A DNA stretch of 64,000 nt from contig BDGG01000005.1 in NCBI GenBank assembly GCA_001949185.1, positions 930,001-994,000 of the forward strand, given 5' to 3'. The position numbers and the translations under genes were made by a program. This DNA is from Ramazzottius varieornatus (taxonomy: Eukaryota > Animalia > Tardigrada). The stretch's first letter is position 1. Every line of letters begins with the position of its first letter. This document shows, piece after piece, positions 1 to 12,060 of the stretch. A model generated the notes under the pieces. The model was not told the DNA's origin and made no database searches. It saw only the letters and a program-made list of their open reading frames with translations.

Positions 1-2386
1 GGTTCGGAGTTCTGCGCTCCTTCGCAGTGCCATTTATATCCCCTAAAGAGCCGCGAAGATCTCGCTCCGGCGCATATTGCTGAGCTGATTGCGATGCCGG
101 GTCCTTCAGCCAAGCAGGATATCGAAACAAAGGGCGTATGCAGTATCCCATTCATGGGAACTGTCATCTGCAACATGCTCAACCTGCAGGCCTTTAGCAT
201 CCAGTATCCTAAAGACGACAAGGACAAAGACGCTTTCAGCAAATCAAACGTGAGTCAACCATATGTACGGCACTCTAAAAAACATAAAGATTTTCAAGCT
301 TTTCCTCATCCAAATGCAGTGACAATTATAATTGAGTTGAGTTGTACAAATGAGTGGACGTCAGTTAGGTGGACATCGAAGAGAAGATTAACTAACCATT
401 TTTATACCATATCTCTGCCTCATAGATTTTGCGAGGAGCTGACTGGAGAGGAAAGGACTGCGGAGAAGGCAACGCGGCAATTTATCCTGGCCGAAAGTAA
501 GACCGAAATAAAATATGAGCAGCTGAGCTGTTGAGAGAGTACGTTTTGAAGAGCTGAAGTAAGAATGGGGACATTTGAATATTTTAGCGTCGAATTTTAG
601 GCCGAACCAAGGGGATAACTTTGTCGATTCAAACTGCAATGGAATCAAGGTAGGCTTCGTGTATAATAAATTTGTCTGATCTTTATACAGTAGATAGGGT
701 CCGATGATAAGTTTTGATGCAGGGTTTCGATGCGGAAAGTCAGATGACATGGGAAGAAAAGCTGTGTGGAGACAGCCAGGCCAAGGGTGTCATTGCCTTG
801 GGAGACTCGGTGACGGCCAACTTCCACGTCCCCGCCGAATGGTTTAACGCCACCATCTTGAGTAAGGAGTGGCTGGAGAATATGACCTACCTTATGGACA
901 ACTCGATGAACTGGCCTCATACTTCCCTTTACACCGGTAAGCTTTACAAAAGATGACGGTTAATCCTTTCAGTTTGGACGTGCGCTGTTTGGCTGTAGGT
1001 TCAGTGAATGTGAGCTGGCCCATCGTCGATGGTCACACTGATTCTCTGTACCTCCGTATGCGAGAAAGGAACCTGTGCAACCACAGAGACTACCAGAACA
1101 TCGGCTTCAACGGCGCTCGAACCACCGATTCCGCCAAGCTTACCGAAAGGTATGTGCAACGTCATCGCGGACTTGACGTCATTAGCTTCAACCTCCTCTT
1201 ATGTCTGTTGTAGCCTGAAGCGAAGCCCTGTCCAGGATAAACCGGGATTGGTCATGTACTCTTACGTCGGAAACGATGTATGCAAATAGTAAGTCCGGAC
1301 TGCCATTAAAATTACCTTGAAGATCCTTATGGCAGTATAACCAGATGGATCGAACCAGATCGATGCATCAAGTGGCGCACGATCTCACTGTTACTGGCTG
1401 AAAGCGCGCGCTACTTGGGAAAGTCATCGGGTTTGGTTCGCTTGCCCAACTCCCATCTCAGTTGTGCAATATTAACTATGAAACCTTCTCTTTGTGTTGT
1501 GTCCAGCCACGTGAATCCAGCTCTCAGTGACGTCACGACACCCGCCCAAGCCGTCAAAGGCTTGCTAGACACCATGGCCCTTTTGAACACCAAAATGGCT
1601 CCTCTAAGCCATGTTATCGTGGTGGCGATTGCCGATGCTCGTATTTTATACGAAGGTTTGATCGATCGAATCCATCCCTTCGGAGCTACCATGGAAGACG
1701 TTACTTTCAATGACTTCTACAACTGGCTCGAGTGTCTAGACATCAGCCCGTGCCCAGGTTGGCTGACCAACAACGCAACTGTGCGCGAAGGCACAGCCCA
1801 GGTATTTCACCACAAAGCTGCGCAACAGCGTCTGTACGTCTCGCAGAAACGTGGAATAAGTATGAATGGATGGTTTGGTTTTAAAGGTTGTCCGCGATAT
1901 CAACGCGGCGCTTGAAAACTTTGTGAACGAGAACCCGAACCGATTCTCTAACTTTGAAATGATATTCGTTCCCAATCCCGTGGATGAAGGTATTAGTTTT
2001 GTATCGTACGCTTTCGAGAATCGTTGACACGAAATTGATGCGCCACGAGATTTTGCTCTTATGAAGCATGGTTTGCAGTGGTCGCGGCGCATGTAGCGCA
2101 GGGAGGAGAACCGTGGGAACTTGTCGAGTTATTCGATGGTTTTCATCCCAACCAGGTATACATACAATCCATAAATATAAAGATGCAATACATGACCAAG
2201 AAAATTCGCTAACTAATTGACTGTGTGTTTCATTTATGCTTCTTGTTGATATTGTAGAAAGCACATGCCTTAGTGGCGGAAGTAGTATGGGAGAAGCTAG
2301 TTCAAGAACATCCGCATGTTTTGGGTCCCGTCAACCCCAATAACCACCGCATCCGTCAGATGTTCGGTGACCAAGGCGGTCATTGA
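1..2386 (+). CDS. AOAH: Acyloxyacyl hydrolase (5' end outside window), multi-exon
   Basis: Spliced exons give LRGADWRGKDC..YPGR, DSNCNGI, IALGDSVTANFH (GDSL Ser), SLYLRMRERNLCNHRDYQNIGFNGAR, YVGNDVC, DFYNWLECLDISPCPGWL, DGFHPNQ and the C-terminus FGDQGGH*. All of these match AOAH motifs. Confidence 0.92.
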
Positions 2387-2467
2387 ATTCACGAAGAAAG
2401 AACATTTTTTCCCGAATGAACCATAGTCGAGAAGGAGCTAAAAAAATATGCCGACACTGATCTTTCT

Positions 2468-3661
2468 TCAACAATTCACAAACTGACTTCTTGGTAGAGC
2501 GTACTCTCTGTGTCGGTAGAACAACCTGTACAAACAAAATCCGTCCATGAAGCTGATTTTTTAAATGTTATGTGTTGTGATACATTTGATATTGTGACCG
2601 AGGAGGACGTACCTGACGGTTGGTGGTTGAGAATGGTAGCGACTTCGGCATTCCGTAATGGTGCTCCACATGGCAGTGAAGGCATCGGGTGCCACACGCC
2701 CAATGTCGAAGACGCACTCGAACTCGTCAATGAGATCGGGTTGGGTAACGTCGTCGATGTCGTTGACTTGCACCCTCAGGTTCGCTACCTGTAGGGAAGA
2801 AGTATGGGAGTGGGGGGAAAAAAATCTTGAAGAGCAGTACGGCTATTTCTTACCGATGCTCCAGCACAAACATCCCGAATGACGGGTCTGTTGATGTTGA
2901 ACACATCCTGGTTCGTCGTCTCGAAGACTGGCTGCCATGTGCTAAGCGGTTTAACTCCAGGCCAATTTGCTTGCGGAGCCACTCTGCAAAATAAGATCGA
3001 ACATCTTTATTTCGCAAAAGGGTGGCAGGGGTGAGGTAGTCGTTGTAAAGCCCGGTCGTGATGTATTCGTGTACAGCCCGCACAAGCCTTCATCACGCGA
3101 AGGTTCGTCGTGTTTCAATGCGAAATTGGCTTTGTTATTTAAACTTTTCTTGGAAACCATTCTACTTCATCAAGCTTCGGTATGTTAGGCTATTGTACAG
3201 GCTTGATCGATCCTTACGTATCAAGGTCGGCGGTGAACTTCGGGTCGCATTTGCTGGCTGTATCGCAGAACCGTCCGTCAAACATCAAGCTTTGTGGATT
3301 CTCGAATCGGACGAGTTCGACCTCTATTCTCATAAGATTCGTATCCTAAAACAAACACTAGCTCAGCATGCAATGCCGAAGCAATACCTTAGCTAACGGT
3401 ATAGCCCGGAAACAGCTTCGGAACAAGTTGGACAAAACTTTATGCCTGACTTACCAGTAAAGTGGACCCGAGCGACCCGGATGTGCTTACGGGACGACCG
3501 TTCACACTGGTAATGCTGAACTGACTTCCGCCATCGTTCGCCGATCCACTGGAAAACGAGCCGCCGTTGGTGGGTCTTCCATTCACACTGGTAATCTGGA
3601 ATTGACAGGATACCGCAGTAATGCAGAGTCCCACGAAGACGAGCACAGATTCGGGAAACAT
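2468..3661 (-). CDS. Secreted protein with signal peptide, two QFxITSVNGRP repeats and a C2/MNNL-like domain (5 exons)
   Basis: Exons ~3661-3456, 3346-3217, 2983-2854, 2789-2613 and 2525-2468 join in frame through GT-AG junctions: RIEVELVRFENPQSLMFDGRFCD..CDPKF..LRVQVNDIDDVTQPDLIDEF..LFYRHREY. The domain call is by eye. Confidence 0.65.
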
Positions 3662-4333
3662 TCTACCGACGATGGGAACTTGGACTAATAATAAATTAAC
3701 TGTACCAACAAGAGCCAGATCAGCGAAAAATGACGTAAAATCCTGACGAAGAGATGATGGCTACTGCAGAATTTAGCGGAATAGTATCAGCCAGAGGTAC
3801 AACGCCGGAAGCAAAACACGTTTCAGTGAGCGAACAAATGCGACCTCGTTTAAAAAACCACTGTGTAGATGTTCAAGAGTTTTCCGCCGACTAAGCAAGT
3901 GTTCGCGCTGATCTTAAGTACCTTAGGGCTTAGGCAAGGTTCTGCCATACAGAGCGATAGTACCCCAGATTAACCATAAAGTTTCAAAAGCCTCCACACC
4001 TTGCATTCAGCGGTGTCAACGATGACGAACGACTTGTTGATTTCTATGGTAAACGACGTCGGGTTATTACTTCATAAAAACACTCTTTCAAGTACTTGTA
4101 GGTAAATAATTACTCACTGGCACGTGCTGACAATCATTCTTGGACAAACCAGTGCCAAGTGAAGGTGTTAAACCCCAAAACATAACCACATTACAGGAAG
4201 TCATCATTTTTGCTTTACGGGCCATATGTCGATTTATCGCGGTACGCGTCAGCCTTGAAATTCTGACCCAAACGGATAAACGCAGGAATCTTGAATGAAA
4301 AGCGAAAATATTGTTTAACTGTACAGAAAAATT

Positions 4334-6362
4334 CTATCTATTCATGAATCCTGCCATGGGATCATCCGCATGGACCTTCCTCAGCTGGTACGCTTCCATT
4401 TCTTCCTCAGTAATTTTCTTCGGTGCCGCCAAGCTGTTGTACGGTCTTCGTCGCTCATCCACATTCATGAGCCGTTCCGCTTCCTTCTGCTGTTCCTCTT
4501 GCGCTTTCAAGGCTGCTGCTACCTTCTTCTTCCTCTTTTCTTCCTCACCTTCTTCATCTTCACTAGACGAAGAAGAAGAGCTCGAGCCTGCAGAATCCGA
4601 AGAAGACGACGAGGAAGAACTGCTAGACTTCGACCGCTTTCTTTTCTGCCTGGAAAGTCCAGAGTTCGAATCCCCTTTTGATACGCGTTTTGCTCTAGTG
4701 GAGCTGACGTCAGCAGGTTTTCCGAATTTATTTTCTATAGGCGTAGGCGCTTCCGTTCTTGCTGGTGGAGCCTCAGTAGGGGAGCCTGGTCCTACTTCAT
4801 CCTTTTCCACTTCCTTTCCCCTCCTGGCGAGGATTCCTGCCACTCCTGTACAATACGACATCTTGACGAAGCTATGACAGCACTTGTAGCCCCAACTGCC
4901 ATTCTCCCAGAAGGATCCCCAGACTGTCGTATGGTTCTGGTTGTAGACGTCTTCTTCGTACCGCGATCGGACTACGGGCTTTTCCAAGCCTTTCAGCACG
5001 TCTCCACCACGCGAGTACTGGATGAAGGTTTCCGTCTGTGCCAGCAGCATCTCTTTTGGAGGAGCTTCCAGGTATTCTTCTCCACCATACTTCTGCAGGA
5101 TATTCTTGCCGATGTTCTGCTTGAACTCCGTCTTCTTTTCCTCGTACTGCTTCTTCAGCAGCTCAGCCTTCGTCGGATCCGCTTGGAGATGGACGTCGAC
5201 ACCTTTCTCGTAAGCATCCCACGCGAAGAGCTGCGACTTGGCGATGTTATTCGTCTCTCCAGAGTATCGAATGGCATTCTCACCAGAAAACTGTGTCTCA
5301 TTCTTAACCTTCTTGTCAGCCAGCGGGTCTTCTCGCATACTTCTCGTTTTCGGGTCGTAGTAGGCGGAAGTCAAGTCGAGGTTGATCAGGTATTTCGCCG
5401 TGTCTTCTCGAATACGAAGATTGCGTACAGTAATGCGTTGTTTACTGTCAACTTTGGTTCCCGGCATTTCCATATCATCAGCGTACTTATCTTCGTTGTT
5501 CATGTCATCGTCAGCGGCTTTGACAGCTTCCAAAACTTTCTCAGCAGGGACGTCTTCTAAATCCTTACCAAATTCCTCGGTGTCTTCCGTGAGGATCTTC
5601 TCGGCTTTGAGAAGTTTCTTGGCATCTTCTATCTTCTCATACTCCGACACAACTTCTTTGTATTGGCTTGCGTCGTACCCATTCCAGCGATCCCTTTTGC
5701 CTTCGAAGTCGTGGTTGATGTTAGACTGGACGAACTCATCAGGTGCGATGGCTTCGCCTGTGTATTTCGCACCCAGCTTCCTTGGACGTTCCATACAGTC
5801 CTTCTTCTTGTGTGTCATCGCTCCACAGTTCTCGCAAGCTCCTTTACGAAACTTGGTCGTCACTGAATTCGCGTTCACTCCTGCAAGAAATTCAAGACTT
5901 ATCAACCCACCAACCGCTAATTCAAACCGATTACACACTAACACCGACAGTGACGTCACGAAAAGACTTTTGGCACGCATTAGATTACAGCGGCTAAAGT
6001 ACTGACTGAGTGACGTCACGTAAAGCTGATAATTCCACCACTGCAAAAGTGGCTCATGACTTGCCTCGTTTGTAGTTGTCGGATATCTTAGCGTATTCCT
6101 TCTGTTTCTCCTGCGGAGCGCGTTGATGGGTAAGAGTAGGTCCTTTAGATCCGAGATACCAGGGCGCGACGGCGATGTAATGAGGAATATGAGGGTTGAT
6201 GTCACGTCCATGTTCGTCCTGCTCAGCTGGAACAGTACCAGCCTTTCGAGCTTCTTCCAGCTCTTTGGCCAACCGGTAGTCATCTCTGCTTGTCTTCTTC
6301 GGTGCGGAGGCGTCGTTCTTCGTCCGGATGATCTCTGAAACGGGGAGAGTTGGCGTCGCCAT
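4334..6362 (-). CDS. SLU7: Pre-mRNA splicing factor SLU7 (2 exons, GC-AG intron 6064-5881)
   Basis: Contains [27 protein letters not shown], the zinc knuckle [35 protein letters not shown] and the C-terminal DDPMA. Confidence 0.97.
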
Positions 6363-6759
6363 TATGCCAGAGAAGCCAGAAAGGAGCGGAATAAGATTTC
6401 GACAAAATCTGAACTGAAGCAATTCACACTTCACAGGTCACTTCGAAAATTTCGACAAAATTACTCCCCGGGAACGAAACCATCCCCTGGGGTTGGATAC
6501 AAGGTAACTTACTAACTTCCCGAATAAACTTGGGGTCCCGGTCTTGACTCTTGGGCAGTCAAGCGGTGGGTTGATCAACTTGATTGTTGATCACTGGACT
6601 AAAAAATCATAGTAAGACGGTCAAGACCTAAAAATCTTCAGAAGTTTTCCGCCAGAATTTTCGGGGGTCAAAGACACCTTGTAGCTTGCTCTTCTTGTTC
6701 CGTGCAGTATCCCATTACTTTCGAAAGGCTCAGCGAGTCGTCGTCGGCGGCGGCGAATC

Positions 6760-7392
6760 ATGGATGCCAGCGGAACGTTGAGGTTCCAGGATGTGTTCCG
6801 CACCGAGACAGAAAGGCCGGTGAGCTTCGTCATTGACTGGACCATCCCAAATTTCTCCTTCTACGGATCCTTCACGCGAGCTTTGTGGTCTAACGAGCAT
6901 GTAACGGGAAGATCGTCGTGGTACCTCGCGCTGGAACCATCCGATGAGAATGTTCGTGGGGGAAATCGGCGTTGTCTTCCTCCGTTCGATTATATCACCC
7001 TAGTGCTGCTACACCATCTTCCTGGAGAATCTGACTACAATATTCGCACTCGAGTGAATATCAGGTTTGGTGATTCTGGTGACAGTCTGGTGATTACCCG
7101 AGTGAAGAACATATCTTGTGCTTCGAACGCTTGAAGGCTGAAGATGCCAGTGCGCTTATGGCACAATTTTCCTTCCGTATTTGAACCTTGTTATTCTTTC
7201 TCCAGTGTTCTGGATGCCAACGACAACGCGGTTGCAGCCAAGACCAAGGAGGTGCACTACACATTTACGCCTGCTGATGAAGAAAAAGGGATTGGGGTGA
7301 CTGACCATCTACATTACAACGATCTTTGGATCTTTGAAAATGGAAGTGCCGAACTTGTCGCCGACGCCATGACTTTTCTTCTTCCCGCTTGA
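6760..7392 (+). CDS. Stand-alone MATH/TRAF-like domain protein (intron 7065-7205)
   Basis: FVIDWTIPNFS..WYLALEP..DYITLVL..VNISVLDAND..HYTF resembles SPOP-type MATH domains. The intron joins in frame and the stop follows directly after the domain. Confidence 0.65.
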
Positions 7393-7598
7393 CAGCACTT
7401 GTGGTACAGTACTGTATACCGGGTTACAACCAGGATACCAAAGGCTTTGAGAAAGGTATTGCTCTGTTTTACCATCTGCTTAGAAACTGGATCGGAGAAT
7501 CCGCGAAAAGTTTCTTCGTTGAACGAGAGACGTAACAAGATATCGGAATTCACCACGAGAGCAATCACTCTAATGAACAATATTAGTATTGTGTAGTA

Positions 7599-7808
7599 TC
7601 AGCTAGAATCACTGGAGCTGCTGCTGGAAGATGCGGCGGAGGTGGACGAATCTGAAGAGGCCGACGAGCCGGAAGAGGATGTTGACGAGGCGCTGTCATG
7701 CCGTTTCCGGTGTTTTCGCCCTCGTCGACGACCCTGGCGCCTGCGGTGCTGCGACAGTTTCTCCTTCTTTACTTTCATATGCTTTTCCGAGGACATGGCG
7801 CATCCCAT
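7599..7808 (-). CDS. Small 69-aa protein: MGCxxS N-terminus, Arg/Lys-rich block, poly-Ser tail
   Basis: ORF composition is strongly biased and modular, with an N-myristoylation/palmitoylation-like start. No homolog recognised. Confidence 0.5.
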   Translation of the reverse strand: MGCAMSSEKHMKVKKEKLSQHRRRQGRRRGRKHRKRHDSASSTSSSGSSASSDSSTSAASSSSSSSDSS

Positions 7809-8606
7809 ATTAGAGAATGTAAATGGTCAGAATACACACGGGACCTTAGAGTTCTAGGAGACTAGGTCGAATCTAATCAGGACCAGCCTAATCGGATTAC
7901 AAGTAACGGGGTTGTGCAGTCAGCGTACGATCGTTTTTACAATTGTAACAAGATAAGATCACTACCAATACACCCTACTTTATGATTTTCGTAACATATA
8001 TAGTTTTCCACAGGCCCTTGAACTCTTGAATCATTGCAACGTGAAGCTGCACCTCCGGCGTCACTCCTCTGATGACGAAGACCTTACTCTTGCCGCGCTA
8101 CTGTGTGGTCTCGTCTCAGCAGGAACCCAGCTCGGTCGCGTTTCGCGACCAACCTAAGCTCAATGTTTTCTGACCAATCGGTATTACGATTGTTCGCTTT
8201 CTTGACGGAGGCTTGCTGATGAAACAGACTGCTGAGGAGGCTTACGCTGCTGTACATGTATGACTGCTGCGCCCTCGCAGTACCTACGCAGAACGTGCTG
8301 ACACTAAACGTGAATAAAACCCAAAAGCCGCGCCTGTTGATCAATTCAATGAAACCGGTCTTGTGACGTGCCACATTCTCTCACGGTTCGATTACGAGCT
8401 ACGTAGAGTTATCCACCCGAAAATGCTAAGATTATTACTTCTCTTTATTCTGCTGGCTTCTCCAGGGAGCAGAAATGTCACACGTACGGCTTGCCCTAGT
8501 CGTAGCCAGAGGCTCCAACGTCGCGTACCCAGCTCAGGTGAATACAGGCGGAAGCTGATGGGTGTTTTGCGGGTAGTTTAAGTTTATTTTTTGATATGTT
8601 TTCTGG

Positions 8607-8755
8607 TACTTTAAAAATTCGCTGCGTCCGCGCAGTACGTACTCGTGCTTGCCGATGCACCCCCGTAGGGGGTGGCACAAGCAGTAAAGCCGCACCGGAG
8701 CTGTACTTCACGTTTACGATGACGTGTTGCGCGGACTTAACGAATTTTTACAGTA
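8607..8755. mobile_element. Short MITE with Tc1/mariner-like TA-flanked terminal inverted repeats
   Basis: tactttaaaaattcgctgcgtccgcgca pairs imperfectly with tgcgcggacttaacgaatttttacagta. Confidence 0.55.
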
Positions 8756-9006
8756 TTTGAGTAATATGCACAAAACTTTCAGGGATCGTATTTGGATGTG
8801 GGAACCACCTATGAATTAAATCAGGAAGCAAGGAGATGAGTGCTTATTTTACTATTTAGATTTAGAAAACGATCCAAATAATAATTAGAATCAACCGGTA
8901 TACACTACTTGGAAACCAGAAACCAATGCCCAGCTATCCCGTGCTCCGTAACCCACTTTGTACACGTGATATTATTTTAATCCATTATCTTAAGACAAGG
9001 TTCTAT

Positions 9007-9848
9007 TTACAGATCGTTGACGAGGAGGCCAGCAAGAGCCGTACCCAGCCCCACAGTCGAAAGCAGACAGAGGACCACGTTGAGAAACACGGCGGCAGTG
9101 ACAGGTCCATCGATGTACGCCGTGTACATGGGATCCTCGTAGAAATGCCACCAGCTAGACAGGACCCAGATCAGGTAAACGCTGATGCAAAACATCAACA
9201 GACTAAACAATATTGATATTCCACTTAGAATCTTTGTGGCAAAGACTTTTGAGCTGAATATGCGAATGATTAGCGGGATCCTCTTCATCTTTCCCGCGGC
9301 GTGAACTTCAGATAGTCCCAGCAGAAGGAAGATAGCTCCGGCCGGCAAACCGATCGAACTCTTGGCAAGTCGTGGGGGATCCCAGTTGAAAGCGTAGAGG
9401 CCAATATACAAAGAAGCCATGATCGTGGCTAAAACGAAAATACATGACCACAAAAATTATAGTGAATGGTCCGACCGCCAGCAGAAAGCGTGGAAAACTG
9501 CCACCATTGAGTTGCGTTGTCAGTCCATGGCTTCAGTTTTTATTCAAACAAAAGAGGCTCGTTCACGAAATTATTTTCCAATTCGTTCAGCAAACGCTTT
9601 TCATGAACGAGATGTCCCAGGTCAGAGCAGTAATTAACAACAGACCCTCAAAACATTTTACCTGCTATCTGAACGACCATAGAAGCTACACCCACGGCGA
9701 TGCTCAGCGTTCCGAGCCGCAGGAAGTATTTGGCATCCAGGATGTTATTCGAACTTCGTCGTCGTCGCGCCCAGTCCATGACGGAAATGCTAGAGTTCCG
9801 CTTGCCGTTTGCCGTCGCATCTTGAAGTTGAACTTGAACGATGCTCAT
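9007..9848 (-). CDS. Four-TM MS4A/CD20-like membrane protein (intron ~9661-9429)
   Basis: Spliced product LGTLSIAVGVASMVVQIAATIMASLYIG..GLPAGAIFLLLG.. has four hydrophobic segments. The family call is by eye. Confidence 0.55.
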
Positions 9849-12060
9849 GGCTGATTTACGTAGGCAGAACCATCTAATCCAGCGGCCCAAAAGCGCGCGA
9901 CGGTCAACTTTTGCTCATGAAGATCGTTTTGCGGCAGACGTTTGATCAGCACAAATTAAACGATATGACATGGCCTCAATATGCGATGATGAGAGATACA
10001 GGACACGGTGCCTCCTGATTGAGACCGTATGTCGCGGACGACCGAGACCTTCGAAGTCTTACCCAGAATATCACGCGGGGCGGTGGCGTCTTTTCGGGTA
10101 CTACGTTGGTTGGTATTCCTGGCGGCAAATGAAGCGCTAATGGTCTCCTGTGTAGACGATCATCTGCTGATGGAGACATATCAGTCTGACAATAGGAACT
10201 GTCTAATCGAAGACAACTGCCCTAACATGTACAGATCTTGAAGGCCGCGGTTTGATCATGCCAGCTTACAAGGCGTCACTCTTCCCCCTTCCAACTAACC
10301 ACTGACTGATGGAGGATTTACATACTCAAACAGATCAATAAAATTGCATTTCTCACTTGTGTCATCGTAATGTAAATAAAGAGCACTTTGAGGAGGCTTA
10401 CTTAAAGTTCATTGGCAGCGACTAAAACTTCGGCTTTTTCAAGGTTTGCCGACTGTGTGCTCAAGTTCAAGTTCCTTCCGGATCAGATTTCTATTTGGTC
10501 AAGTGGGCGAACAATGGACAGTTTTTTCCCGAGAATGGATTTCAGGGACGAACTGAAGTCTTGTCAAATATTTGGGTCGGACCTAAATGAAGATAGTGGG
10601 TCAGTGTTTCTCGCTTTATAGACTTCCCGTAATCGAAATACGACGGGATCACGGTGCACTTGTTACGAGGTCGCCGGTATCTAGTCACGTGAAATCAGAA
10701 TCAACCTCTCCAGGCCAACTTCATAACATTACAGCCATAAAAACTACTACAGTACGGACCCCTTCGTGGTTAATTCAGCAACACATCCCGAGATCCTTAG
10801 AACTGTTCGATATCGTTACATCGATATCTTCGATTACATAACGATAACATTCGTGTAATGGAAAGAAAGCAACTCTGTATGCTTACGAGTAACTCGTAAG
10901 ATCTAAGTTCGGAGGCTTACAAAATGATTGATCTGATTAATGGAAGACCCAAAAGAAAAGATTATAGTTTTCGAACAGAACTTTCGAATACGGAAGCTTG
11001 GTCTCAGGTATCCCATCCGACGTTCTTTTCGTCTGTACCAGCTCCCATGTTCGGTCCCGGCTGTAAACGGGAGGCTCACGAGCTGGCTCCAGATGTAGGC
11101 CGGTGAGGAGTGAGGGCGCCACATGATCGTGAACAAACGATACCGAAGTTTCGAATGTGGCGCCATCACGGTTCGCACCGGAGCTCCTCGGGTGGCGCCA
11201 CTTACCAGGCGAAATATTTGGAAATTGAACACGGGAGCTACGGGCCGAAAGGACTCGAGGTCCCGCTCCGAAGAAATTCAAAACATTAACAACATCTGAC
11301 CAAATGCAGGAAACCTCTTTCTACCGAAAAAGGTCTGTGCAGGCATTCTTTCGAAATCGCTGCGAAATTTGTGACCACGCGAGCGTAACAGGTTTGAAGG
11401 GAGGAGGTTCCCGCATGAAATTGATGGATCCGCCTGGGCCCGCAATTGGAGAAAGCCCCTCTCTAAGATTCTGGGTCGATGATGAGAAAATTACAAATGC
11501 AAATAAGGTTGACTAGGGAATGGAACAATAAGACAAGGAAGAGCCAAGTACTTAATTTTTGTACTGCTGGAAGATATGTGCGTGGTCGACACCCGACAAT
11601 CAGGCTTCTTTTTCTGCACTCCGGCGGTTGACTAACTCTTGATATACTCGTCAAGAGGCGTCTGACCAAGAGTAAGAAATCCCTTCCTACTTCAAACATG
11701 GTGTACAAATGGTATAATCGATAGCCGAGCTGCCGGCCAAGTTCTCCTCCCAGTTTGATATGCTCCTTGGGACAATCTGCTACTCAATCTGTTTGTAACC
11801 ACACCAAACGACATGTTTGTCAACTTCACTCCTTCCTGATCCTCTTTAAAATGTAACCAACCCTTCAACAGACAACATTTATGCTGTGTGCAACTTTTAT
11901 CCTATTGTGTCTTCCGGCAAACACTGAGCATAAAGTTCCTCACCACACTACGATCGCTGATTTATTGACTTTCCTTCTTCACGGCCGAACCGTCATTCTG
12001 ATTCTGGCATCCTAAAAGTTGGCTTAAGCTGAAGACCTTTTATGGCATTATTGTTCCAGA

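Noticed and set aside
4311-6005. Long + strand ORFs over SLU7
   Set aside because: They are antisense shadows of a codon-biased gene.
4334-6283. 649-aa ORF as the SLU7 model
   Set aside because: Its N-terminal ~130 aa run through the intron in the wrong frame; the true start is 6362.
11113-11207. Three GGCGCCAC motifs as another copy of the palindromic element
   Set aside because: They share only the core, with no TGTTAYTGG loop and poor arms, so they were not counted.
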